Below are positions 1-12,039 of a stretch of 64,000 nt of DNA, in pieces (the stretch's first letter is position 1; the number at the start of each line of letters is the position of its first letter). The notes beneath the pieces are model-generated. The model ran no database searches. It saw nothing but the letters and a program-made list of their open reading frames with translations, and was not told the origin of the DNA. The position numbers and the translations under genes were made by a program. Origin of the DNA: Octopus vulgaris (Eukaryota); contig CATOCA020000001.1 of assembly GCA_951406725.2 (NCBI GenBank), forward strand, positions 4,836,001-4,900,000, given 5' to 3'.

Positions 1-543
1 CACCACCTTTGAGCTTGTGTTTGTCCCCTACCATCCCTTGACAATATATATGTATATATATCTAATACATCAAATCCGTTCTGTCTGTTTGTGCGCTTAT
101 AACTCGAGTATTTTTCATCCGATCGCACTGTAATTTTAAACATGGACATATGAGAGAGCCGGGCGTTCTGTAATCTAAAATGATTTTCAAAATTGCTGGT
201 TTCAAAATAAGAATCGCTATTTTTGTAATCTTTTCGTCCTGTTTTTCCGCCATTAAAAGCAACGAGCTTGTTCAGAGAGCCAGCACATACCATTTAGCTA
301 GCAACAAGTGGCGTACATGATGACAGTCAGCCAAAACCATCGCTATGCTGTCTCTCTTCGTTCCTCTCTCTGTCTCTCTTATGATGTCCGATTCCACTTG
401 AAGTTGTATATATATTGTGTTAAGATTCGTTTTCAATCATTTATCCTTATGGAGAAGAAACAGTCAAAAGTAACCACCACATACAATAAACAAACATCTC
501 CACTACTTTACACCGTCCAAGTTAACCCTCTTCACTTTTGCAG

Positions 544-596
544 CTGACATGAAAAACTACGCAAAAAAGAGAAACGATCAATTGCTATTAAAACAG
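544..596 (+). CDS. Candidate upstream exon of the HRM-domain gene
   Basis: Strong acceptor (ttcacttttgcag) and donor (ag|gtaaga). It is 53 nt as assembled. One extra A in the A6 run gives a 54-nt phase 1-1 exon, ADMKNYAKKEKRSIAIKT, that joins exon 17095 in frame. Confidence 0.35.
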
Positions 597-951
597 GTAA
601 GATTTTGGTGTTAATAACCTTAACCTTTAGTAACAGTTTCTCATTCAAACTACATAATGGGTAGGGTTTTTGAGGGAGATTTGGCTGCTATTCCCCTAGC
701 GACATTGAAGAGGTCTGCTTCATTGGCTCATACATAAATATATACATACATATATACATAAAATCGAAATAAAATATTTAAAGCAACAGTCGTCAAATAG
801 AAAAGCCAAGGTCCATGCAGTGTCATGGCCAAAACAATTTCCAGCCTCTTGCCTAATGCGAGCCCAGAGCAATCTTTTATCTCTTACACTATTTCAGTAT
901 TACGTATGTATTGTAATGCGAGATAATACTTTCAGTTTGAAAGAAGCCTGT

Positions 952-1002
<51 letters not shown>

Positions 1003-1512
1003 CGTATGTATTCCAAAACCGAATTACAGATTTTGACGTATGGGGTTTCACATGTTACAGATAAATTCCTCTATTTACATAATACTGAGGTCCCATTCAT
1101 TCTTTTATTGGTATGCCGCTACTATTAATAGATATATGTAAGAGAAGGGATATAATATCAAAGCAGATAGCGAATGGCAAGGCTGGATCCTTCAGATGGT
1201 AGGTTTTACGCTAAAAGTCCTTTAGGTCTCAACCGATGTAGCAGATTATTTTTTGGCAACGTAGATATACAGTCTAATAATGATAATAATGGGATTGAGT
1301 TTGTATATTCAAATTGTTAATTCTCTCTGTCTCTCTCTCACTCTTTCTTTCTTTCATTCTATCTTTCTTTCTTTCTCTCTTTCGCTTTCTCTCTCACTCT
1401 CTCTATACATATATACTTATAAATTGAAGATATTCTCATTAAAATGTTATTTGTTATAAACATTTATATATGTATATGTTAGGGTGTGTGTGTGTAAGTA
1501 CATGTATATATA

Positions 1513-4215
1513 AAGAAGAATTGGATGTTCATATCAAGGAAGCCTACAACGATCTGCACCGTAACCAGCCGCTGCCACCTCTACATGGGCTAAATCATCT
1601 CTCAGGACCTGATATCGATTTCCAGATTGGGGACATCAGGGAGAGAGGTGAATGACTTCGTAAGAAAAGCTAGAGCAAAGAGTGCCGCAGGAGGTGATGG
1701 CGTCTCATATAAAGCCTACAAGTACTGCAATCGTCTGCGAAAGAAGCTCTTCGTCCTACTCCGAAAACTGTGGCGCGAGGAGACTAGAGTAGAGGATTGG
1801 TGTAAGGCAGAGGATTGGTGTAAGGCAGAGGATTGGTGTAAGGCAGAATGTATATACCTGCCGAAAGAGGCCAATGCAAAGAACATAAAACAGTTTAGGC
1901 CGATATCCCTATTGAATGTGGAAGGCAAGATCTTTATGGGAATTCCGTCGAGGAGAACAGTGACATATTTACAGTGTAACGGATATGTTGATGAATATGT
2001 TAAAAAGGCCGGAATCCCCGGGATCCCTGGATGCGTTGAACACTGTTTTTTGATTTGGAAAGCGATCCAGGACGCCAAACAGAACAAGAAAAGTCTGAAC
2101 ATGGTAAGGCTCGACCTAGCTAACGCGTGGGTCAGTGCCACACGAATTACTAATAAGAGCCATGGACCACCTTCATATTCCTGACAAAGTGATCAAAATA
2201 ATGAGGATGTACTATGACAGTTTCGAGGTTGGCATTGCTGCTGGCTGTACAATATCTGTCACATTGTTTATCTTGGTCATGGAGTTGATTTTGAAAGGTG
2301 TAGATTTTCCGGAACAAATCGCCCATGTACAAGCCTTCATGGATGACGTGTCATTTCTAGCTACAGATAAACAAATCATGCAGAATGCTCTCTTGAGATT
2401 AGACGAACTTGTAAGGTGGTCAAAGATGCGATTTAGAGCAAAAAAGTCGCGTAGTCTGACATTTGTTAAGGGAGTGCAGAAAGAATTTAAGTTCCGGATA
2501 TCTGAAGAAAGCATTCCAACAGTCAAGGAAGAGCCCGTCAAGAGCTTAGGACGAGTATACGCTGGAACATTGTCAGACAGAAGTCGTGGAATTGAAATTA
2601 TGAAACAAGCCGAGGCTGGGTTATCAGCGATTGATAATTCGAAGTTACCAGGTAAATATAAAATTTGGTGCTTGCATTTCGGCTTGTACACGCGACTTGC
2701 GTGGCCACTTTTAATATACGAAGTAGCATTGTCACGAGCTGAAAGCATTGAACAAAAATGTAATGTGTTCATTAGAAAGTGGCTAGGCCTAACTCGTATG
2801 TTGAACAGCTCATCTCTTTATCATAAAAGAGGTTCGTTGCAGCTACCAATAGCATCAATAGTCGAAATATATAAGCTGGGGAAGATACGGACGGTCAGGA
2901 TGGTGAGAGAATCGAAGGATATGGAAATCAGGCGTAACCCACCAGAGATGAACACTGCCAGGAAGTGGAAAGCAGAAGCAGAAACTGACGACATGTTGTC
3001 TTCTCTTATACACAGAGATATGGTGGGAGCAACGCAGAATCATCGGAAAGGACTTGGTTTTGGCGCAGATCAATTCAGACCGTTTGCAAGCATGATGCGG
3101 AGTGAACGCAGATCTGTTGTTAGCAACAGCGTCAAAACAAGAGAAGCAGAGAGAAGAGATCTTCATTTGATCCGATGTGTTCATCAAGGTCAGATGACGA
3201 GATGGGAAGAACATGTTGTTGAGAGGAAGATAAGTTGGGATGAGATGTGAAAGTGGACGACATCTCGGCTGAGTTTCCTGATTCGTTCATCTTATGATGT
3301 TTTGCCATCACCTACGAATTTAGTAAGATGGAACGTCTTAGAGAATGACATCTGCAAATGTGGAAAGTTCGGTACACTAAAACATATTCTTTCCAACTGT
3401 TCATTAGCATTGAACAGGTATACATGGAGGCACAACTTGGTCCTTAAGGTTATCTTCAATGCTATAAAGAACAAAATTCATCTCACAACACTGAGGAAAA
3501 ACCGTTGAAAGTACCATCAAGAAATTTCATTACCTTCGTGCGACCAGGTCAGCGGATCCGTTTCAAGAAGAAGATCAAGAAACTTCCTCAGAAAAAATGA
3601 AAAGTGGAACGGCTATTAGGAGGTAGCTGCAGATTTACCTGGGTGCCAGGTTTTCTTTCCCATCCCAGTTTCGAAAAAACCAGATATTTTGATGTGGTGT
3701 GAAAGAAAGAAAGTTGTAAATATAGTCGAGCTAACGGTTCCTCATGAAGGTAATATGAACGCCGCTCGGGTTCGAAAATTGAACCGTTATGAAAACCTCC
3801 TCGAGGAATGTGAAGACGCAGGCTGGAAAGTGGAACATTTTCCTAGCGAAGTCGGATGTAGAGGGTTTGTTGGATACAGCGTGAGACGACTGTTGTTATC
3901 GCTAGGCCTAACTCATCGTAAAGTCAATACCACCATGACTGATATCCAATCTACAGTGGAGAAGGCTAGCCACTGGATTTGGTTAAAAAGAGACGATGAG
4001 CGATGGCTAGAAGTATATTGAGTTTAACTTCATAACCAGCTGATCTAGCAAGCGGGGCCTCATATCAGTGAGGGGGGGGGCGGTGCGCATTGATGCCGTC
4101 GAGAGGTAGGCCCCGAAACGACGTGCATTCTCTCCTGATGACCCATACACTTGCTAGCTTCCGGTATACGGAGCTTTTAACTGGTAGCACTTGCATGTGC
4201 AAGTTGTTTGCAAGA
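1513..4215 (+). mobile_element. Decayed 5'-truncated non-LTR retrotransposon with RT, CCHC knuckle and restriction-like endonuclease (Hero/NeSL-like)
   Basis: Frameshifted ORFs 1627-2184 (FRPISLLNVEGK, GIPGCVEH), 2135-3250 (GIAAGCTIS, AFMDD), 3302-3508 (CKCG...HILSNC, RYTWRHN) and 3689-4021 (KPDI upstream, ELTVPHE, EVGCRGF). Confidence 0.9.
1791..1847 (+). repeat. 18-bp in-frame triplication inside the RT region (EDWCKA x3)
   Basis: agaggattggtgtaaggc occurs three times in tandem. Confidence 0.95.
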
Positions 4216-4626
4216 CATATATATATTCAAATAAATTCTCTCTCTCTGATCCACAGGTCCAGTTCACAGATCCTTGATGATCCTACTAATGGACAGTAAA
4301 GACACACGAAACCTAGAAAAAAACCTCTATGAATAAATTATGTAAATGTGATTTTTATTTGTTCCTCAAGATGAAGGAGTTGAAGGGGACTGTAACAGGG
4401 GTCCTGGAGACACTTTCAGATGAGATTTCAGCTGAGGTCTGTAGATTATTTTTCGAAAGCTGCACCGTGAGAGGTTCCACATTTTAATGTGCCTCTTGGT
4501 TATCCAAACGATAATCGATGCGAGATGAAGAACTGGTTTTAGTATAAGTCATTTACGCAATTCGGTAGCTTAATAACACCTACGTTTGATAGGTCCGAAG
4601 ACGTCAGTAGTAATACTGTTTGGAAA

Positions 4627-4710
4627 CATGGCGGTTCTGTCCACTGACATGACAGGGGTTCCTCTGTCATGGCGGTTCTGTCCACTGACATGACAGGGGT
4701 TCCTCTGTCA
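4627..4710. repeat. 41-bp perfect tandem duplication
   Basis: catggcggttctgtccactgacatgacaggggttcctctgt occurs twice. Confidence 0.95.
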
Positions 4711-5205
4711 AGCATCATGTCTATGTTACCGTTGGTGAATGAATGAGGTTCAAACTAAGACTACGCCTGTCATATTGTTTCCTATGGCTTCAACTCTATG
4801 CGTAAATTGAATGAAGTATGGGTGCTATGCCTTGCCAAAGTGCAATCCGTGTTTGGTCCAGTGCAATGTTTTATCCATATTAAGCATACCCAAACCCTAA
4901 ACCTAACCCTATATTTAGAGGCTGTTACCCAGTCTATCGCGTACAGTATACTCATATACAACAACAAGCTATAGAATAGTACCTCTCTGTTAAATAATTT
5001 TGCTGAATTCAAATGTGGAATCCATTTTTTAGGATAACGTCTAGATTTCAAGATACCCAAACCCTCAACTTTCACTATTTTCCTGATATTTCAGGGAAAT
5101 ATATTGGGAAATGTAGTACGAATGTCTATTATGGCTTATCGATTATTTTATTAAAGGTCTGGTGTAAACATCAGGTAATGAAATAATGGCCGCAGCGAGC
5201 ATTAG

Positions 5206-5282
5206 TCCCAGGGTATTTTAATGTGAATGAACAGATTTTAGTTCAGCCGGAGAAAATCATCCAACATCCACTTCTTATCAAG
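5206..5282 (+). mobile_element. Short Chapaev3-like transposase remnant
   Basis: Translates as VPGYFNVNEQILVQPEKIIQHPLLIK, resembling the segment before the LHIKLG motif seen at about 47850. Confidence 0.35.
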
Positions 5283-7049
5283 GCAGATTGCAATTAAATA
5301 CGATGCTGGGCTATTGAGGTTCAGCACTGAAGAAAACCATTCAAACACAAATTCATGAAAAAATAGGCATGAACAATAATGTAAACTGTCTGTAGAGATA
5401 TTTGCTAGCTTTTCAGTAGAAGTTCAAAAAATCCTAGCTTTGAAGACAATGCAATTTCTATGTATATTAGTACGTTCTTCATAAGCTGGTTTATTCGAAA
5501 ACAAAACAAAGACATTCTGTGGATCCAGTATCTTACAATTCTGATGTGACCGTATTAAATTGATGTCCTTTTCGGATTCTGTGTGTCAAAAGACTCCCAG
5601 TTCGTCACCAGTTCTTTCCTTCGCCTGACGATATTTCCAAATTATTGTCTTGAATAAAGTTCAAATTGTTTATACACCAAGAACGGGGATTTATATTTTC
5701 ATACCGTTGAATACGGACAGATTTCATATTTTCTTTCGAATAGGAGTAAAGCAGGCTTGAAACCGATTCGCAGGATGACCAAGTCTAGAGGGAAGGAGAA
5801 AAGATGGTATTCTTCAACTGAAGAATGTTTAAGACAATATAGACTTCACTGAAGGCACTTAAAATTACTAGGTGGTGGTTTTGAACAGAGATGTGGTTTA
5901 AGACTACCATTGAAATAGGCCATTAGAGACAGAGAAAGGATACAGCATAGCCGTGGACATGGTCTTGAAACACGGCCATTTGTAATGGGCTGAAGATTAG
6001 ACAAGTGTCCCTCACAATGTTACTTGAAAACTTACACTTCGCTGAGCATTATTAGCAGTGAAGATCTTTCTTGGCGAAAGTAGATCCTTTGCATAGCTAG
6101 TACGGCATTTTAAAGTCCAATCCTTCTTTTTGCAGCCATAACTTCAGACCATTTACAATGCTCAAGTGAAGCACACAATGAAGAAATCTTTCTACATCTG
6201 GAACGGTGATACACATCCGGGATTGCATCGAAAGAAGGGTGACGTGGCTAAATTTTACTCTATCCCTAACAGACATACTCTAACAGCTATCTCGCAGGCA
6301 GGATATCTCTTCTCTTTGTTTTGCCACTGTCACTGTCATGCTACAGATTCTTGTAGGAGTTGGCTGAGCTCTTGACCCCACCAAGCAGGTACTACCGACT
6401 CACTCGTCTATTCCATTGCTCCTCGATCTTAAACATCAGTTCGTTTTCAGTATTAACCTCTGTGCTAAACACTTCAACCCCTTCATTAATCCTGCAAATG
6501 TTGGCCTGTAGCAGCTTAAACGGAACGTTCATGGTATCTATCTCAGATTTCATTCAATTCGCGCTTAAATTATGAAAGATGAAAATACCTAACTTATTAC
6601 ACAGAACATTGACTTTGCTATTCCACATCTTCAGATTTACGAGGTTTAAAGAATAACATTAAAAAAACATTGCTATTTGCTTTACATTAGGATTTCTCAA
6701 ATGGTCAAAACGTTCCAAATTTGTTGACAAATGGGACTGATCGAATGAATCGATCCACTTTAGTATTTGAATATTTGATTAAAACTTGAAGTGATGAATG
6801 CTGTGATGCGAAGAGCGAGAGAAAAGATGGAGTAGAGCGAAAAAGCGGGTAAGGTGAAGAGCGAGGGAAAAACAGGCAGAAAAAAAAAGAGGGAGACAAA
6901 AAGAGGGTAAGAGAAGCATCTATGACGTGTGGTAGGGGGAACGTAATAGTTATTACGAGGTTAAAAGTCTTAGTTGAAGGGAGTGATATAGAGGAGAGTG
7001 AGAAACAGAATTGTAGCAGAGGATCGATGTTCTGATGGTGAGATTAAAG

Positions 7050-7095
<46 letters not shown>

Positions 7096-7878
7096 GATGA
7101 TGATGAATGTGTTGGTGGTGTTATTGGTGGTGGTGGTGGAGGTTGCGTTGGTGAGTGTATGCGAAGAGTGTAATGTTTTTAATTGATATATTTTTTTAAT
7201 ACCACCTATTACTTAAAGCATGCGCATAAGCGCAATCGTCTGCTCGCTTGAAAAATGTTATTTCTTTATAAACCAAAGATGAGAGACGATGTAATCGAAC
7301 ATCAGAAAGAATGAAACCAAATGGGCAATGGCACCAAGAGAAGCAGAGGGTCTTATCCAGAAGGACTGAAGGTGTTTTAAAACGACAATTATGTAGAATA
7401 TACAATTTATAAAGGAGCGCTAATTTTTATGTCTCCACATAAACTTACAACCATCTAAAATCTTTCGCATTTGCCGCGGAATTGCTACGGGTGCTGCTAA
7501 TGTATTAAATAATTACTCTGTTTATGCTGCTCCATCTCTCCAGACGTGAAATCTTTTAAAAACACTTAAAAATTACATAAGTTTTCAGGTGAATCGAGAC
7601 ATAATCATCAGCAGAAACTTCACCTGAACTTGCATAATTCTTTAGGACCAATAATTGATATGTGTTTATTGTTTGTGATGGCGTAAATTTCACTTTTGAC
7701 ATTCTATTACAAATAAAATGTTCTTAAGTTGCTCATACAACACTTTTTTGCATTTTTCATTTACGTATTTTAAGAATTTGACAGTTTGAGCGCATCTCTT
7801 TATTATCCGCACTTTAAACCGTCTGTGTAACTTTTAATTGCATAAATAATTATTTCTTCTCTCTCTCTTTGTCTCTCT

Positions 7879-7929
<51 letters not shown>

Positions 7930-7931
<2 letters not shown>

Positions 7932-8326
7932 CGTAAGAATGTCTGTGCGGTAAGTAGCTTGCTTACGAACCACATGGTTCCGGCTTCAGTCCCACCGTGT
8001 AGCACCTTAGGCAAGTGTCTTCTGTTATACCCTCTGGCCAACCAAAGACTTGTGAGTAGATTTGGTAGACGGAAACTGAAAGAAGCCCGTCGTATATAAG
8101 TGTATATATATGTATATATATATATATATGTGTGTGTGAGTGTGTGTGTCTGCGCGTGTGTGTGTGTGTGCGTATATGTTTGTGTGTCTTTGTTTGTCTC
8201 CCCATCATCCCTTGACAACCGATGCTGGTGTGTGTTCGTCCACGTAACTTGGTGGTTCGGCAAAAGAAACCGATAGAATAAGTACTAGGCTTACAAAGAG
8301 TAAGTCCTGGGGTCGATTTGATCGAT
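7930..8326 (+). mobile_element. tRNA-headed SINE with internal (TA)/(TG) microsatellite (family A)
   Basis: tRNA-like head (ggtaagtagcttgctt...ggcttcagtccc) and body shared with copies at 10906, 21079 and 42035. Confidence 0.85.
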
Positions 8327-10905
8327 GTTTCTTTATCTCTCTCCCCTTAATGTCACTCTCTTTATAAAATTGATCAGTGTGTCCAATTTCAGCAAAATCC
8401 GAAGAAAAATGGTAAGGTTATATCATAAAACAGAATCCATGTGACCATTTACACTAAAATATCCCATTGACATTTAAATCTTAGTACATTATATGAATAA
8501 CAGATGTTTCATACGTCGAAGTGCTTTATTTTGCTCACGGTTAAAATTTTCTTCAAAATCAGTTCATTATTTTATTGTGAATGATTTGAGGATTTTTTCT
8601 TCTCGCTTGTTTATATTTAAATATTTTACATGTCTCCGACATTAAACTTTACCTAGAAGTCAAAGTTCATGAAAATCGGTTGAATTCTGTAAAAGGTACT
8701 GTATGAAATATTAATCCTATGGGTGATTGCATGCAAAAAGCCTATTGATTTCCTAAAATCTCCCGCTCACATGCAGTTATCGATTCTTTGTCAACACTTC
8801 ATGCTGGCATCAACTAATACACATGAGCCAGAATCACGTATAAAATTTCTACAAAATCGATAAGAATGTGTCTAAGAAAATGCTTATTTGCATTTATGTC
8901 TACTTCAAGCCATTTTGAATTAAATAAATACCTTTTCCATCTCTCCCACCAAACATTTTGCTATAACTTAAATTTTATTAAAATCGGATAAAAAATATGA
9001 AATTTACGTCCAAAAATTCAGCCCCTACTGGTATTTGCACTCTAAACACCTATTGATTTTAGAAATCCACTGCCCTGGCGCAATTAGTGATTTTTTACAA
9101 CATCATATACTGAGATCAACTTACTGCCGTCAGCCACGATCACACATCGATTTTCATCAGAATCGGACAAAAAATGCAAAAGCTGCAGAAAAATAACATC
9201 AGTATAGGAAAAAGGGAGGACATTGAACAAACTATTTAAAATGTCGCCATTGTTCTCAAATTACGTTTCAATTCGTTTGAAAAGAAAGAAAGTATGGATT
9301 ATAATGGTGGTCGCCGATTTCCCAAATTTTTCATTTAAAACTTTTTTAAATGCGTCGTTCAAAAGCATTGGCCAAAATCGGTACCGATTGGGATAGGGGA
9401 TGTGAATAAAATCAACACACATTAAAACAATTTTTAAAGAGCTTCCTGCCATCATCTGCAACGTTGAGGTGAAAAAAAATGGAAAATCCTCACCAGAACG
9501 TAGAAAAGGTAGCTTATGTGGGAATGCTGTACCCAAAATGTACCAAAATATTCTGTTGTGGGATACGCTCGGCAACGAAGGGATATTCATCTAGAGTATA
9601 TACATATATGCGTATGTGTGTGTAGGGAATTGCGTAGATACAATCCAGGCTACATAAGCTTCATAGCTAAGAGAACCACGAAAGTAGCATATTATCCTAA
9701 CATGGGGTACACCACCAGCTACTCTTCAGTCAAAGGATATCTTGATTTTGTGAAGTTTACATTCTCGTTAGAATCCCCGTGTAAACTCGTTGGGAATTTG
9801 ATCAAAATGCAAAGAAAGGACAGTTCGGGAGGAAAACAGTTGTGCTGAAGGAAAATGCAAATAAAATACCAGAAATCCTATGTATAAGAATGAGAACGTT
9901 TGTTACTGATTAAGGAGTGTACGAAGACGAGGTTTGATATGGAAATTGGCTGGCGAGTGGCTTTATGCACGTATTCCGGGGTCATTCACGGGTCCGTTGT
10001 AGGATAGATAAGTAAACATATTGTAGCATTATATACAGCCATTTAAAACAGAATTATAGGATGAAGATATAGGTGTAGTATTTGAAGTGGATAGAGTGGT
10101 GTTTGAAGGAGAGAAATGCGGAAGATAGTGTATTTACGTTGTAAAATAGTAGACCACGGTTTGCTCGTCGAGTTGGTAGAACTAATTTTGCTTTAAAATC
10201 TAAGGACGGCGAGTGAAGTGGGAGATAGTAGTAGTAGTAGTAGCTTTCATCTGAGATTATTATGTGAGTGCGTATTAGTTCACACGCGCGTATATGGTGT
10301 GCGTCTGTAGAATCTAGTAGTTGTGTACGCGTGCCAGGGTCTTTGTATATTATCATATACTGAAGAATGTGTGTAGAGAGATAAGAGTTAAGAAAATTTA
10401 TGACGTATACACGATAAGGAAAACAGGTTGGGAATTAAAAAAGGAAAGAATAAAATGTTTAGGAAATGTTTACCAATATGTATGCAGAATAATATTGACA
10501 TAACTATAATAATTCTATGATATATTGATTGTAAAATTAATATTCTTATATCTTTTATAAACATCTTTTATATATCATATTTATATTCTATATTTTATTT
10601 TTCATGTACTATCTGTTGTGAATAGCAGAATACACCTAATCTAATATTAATAATAATAATATTAGTAATAACTGAATATTATATGTACTTATGGATGTAG
10701 ATGTGTATGTATGTTTCAGTATATATTTATATATATAGAGTGGATGTATACTCACAACATGAGGGCTAAACAGCGGTGGTGTAATTCCCTTACGGGACAG
10801 TTACGTTATGTTGACAGTATACAACCACACCTTCGCTCCACCACCGCTCATGACTCTTCGAGACATTTAGAAATTTAATATTTCTGATATATATATGTAT
10901 ATATA

Positions 10906-11341
10906 TACTCTTTTACTCTTTTACTTGTTTCAGTCATTTGACTGCGGCCATGCTGCCGCACCGACTTTAATCGAGCAACTCGAGCTCGGGACTTATTCTT
11001 TGTAAGCCCAGTACTTATTGCATCGGTCTCATTTGCCGAACCGCTAATTGAAGGGACATAAACACACGAGCATCGGTTATCAAGCGATGTTGGGGGGACA
11101 AACACAGACATACAAACACACGCGCGCACACACACACACATACATACACACATACACACACATATATATATATATATACATATATACGTCGGGCTTCTTT
11201 CAGTTTCCATCTACCAAATACACTCACAAGGATTTGGTCGGCCCGAGGCTAGAGTAGAAGACACTCACCCAAGGTGCCACGCAGTGGGACTGAACCCGGA
11301 ACCATGTGGTTGGTAAACAAGCTACTTGCCACACAGCCACT
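10906..11341 (-). mobile_element. SINE family A, near-complete copy
   Basis: Reverse complement of the 7930 copy, plus 3' end atgactgaaacaagt(aaaagagt)n. Confidence 0.85.
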
Positions 11342-11406
11342 ACATATATATATATAATTATGTATAACCATATATGTATATATATATATATATATATATA
11401 CATATG

Positions 11407-11464
<58 letters not shown>

Positions 11465-11524
11465 ATTAATTATGTATAACCATATATGTGTGTATGTATG
11501 TATGTATGTATGTATATACATTTA

Positions 11525-11698
11525 TGCACATGAAGCCCACTTACAACTGCAGCCGTCTATTACCAGCAAAGGTTTTAGTTGCCAATTTGGTACAAGACAT
11601 TCTAGATCTTTAGCTGGGCCAAAAAGTCACATTCGCTCACAGCACCTGTAACAGTTCAGCTTCGTGTAATGGCTATACTCGATAACGAGGGAGCAGCC

Positions 11699-11702
<4 letters not shown>
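11525..11702 (+). mobile_element. 3' end of an RTE-type LINE (degenerate C-terminal zinc finger plus terminal stem-loop)
   Basis: FSCQFGTRHSRSLAGPKSHIRSQHL* followed by hairpin atggct...ctcg ataa cgag...agccat and (TA)n. Confidence 0.5.
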
Positions 11703-11745
<43 letters not shown>

Positions 11746-11798
11746 ATGTGTGTATTTTGTTTATTTTATATTCATATTTATAATTATTATTGTACTTG

Positions 11799-11927
11799 AT
11801 AATCTCTGAGGAACCCTGGAGATATATACAAGTACCTCACTGTCATCTGCCTATTACCTCAATACACTTGATTAATAAAGGCAGAATGAGATACTTTTAT
11901 CTATGGGCTGAAACAGCTGCAAGTTAT
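11799..11927 (+). ncRNA. Type I hammerhead motif, long stem II, U16.1C mutation
   Basis: AUAAUCU-CUGAGGA-[long hairpin: AGAUA/UAUCU, UCUGCCU/AGGCAGA]-GAAA-CAGCUG-CA-AGUUAU. Confidence 0.7.
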
Positions 11928-12039
11928 TTTACTAATTTATATTCATGTTGTTCAATAATTACTTGTATCCTTTTCTTATATGCTATATGTATGTATGTTA
12001 TTATAATTATGTATGTTATTATAATTAGTTTAGTGTTCG

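Noticed and set aside
5290-6580. Decayed coding-like sequence (also 45720-46130 and 9860-10400)
   Set aside because: No motif could be assigned confidently without a search.
7195-7505. Non-autonomous Helitron-like 3' end
   Set aside because: Terminal hairpin and CTAG are degenerate, so evidence is insufficient.
7575-7630. CTGATGA...GAAA on the - strand
   Set aside because: No stem II or stem I can form. Only a small unrelated inverted repeat.
10745-10866. Hairpin agcggtggtg/caccaccgct with hammerhead-like flanks
   Set aside because: Both core segments and the cleavage triplet are too degenerate.
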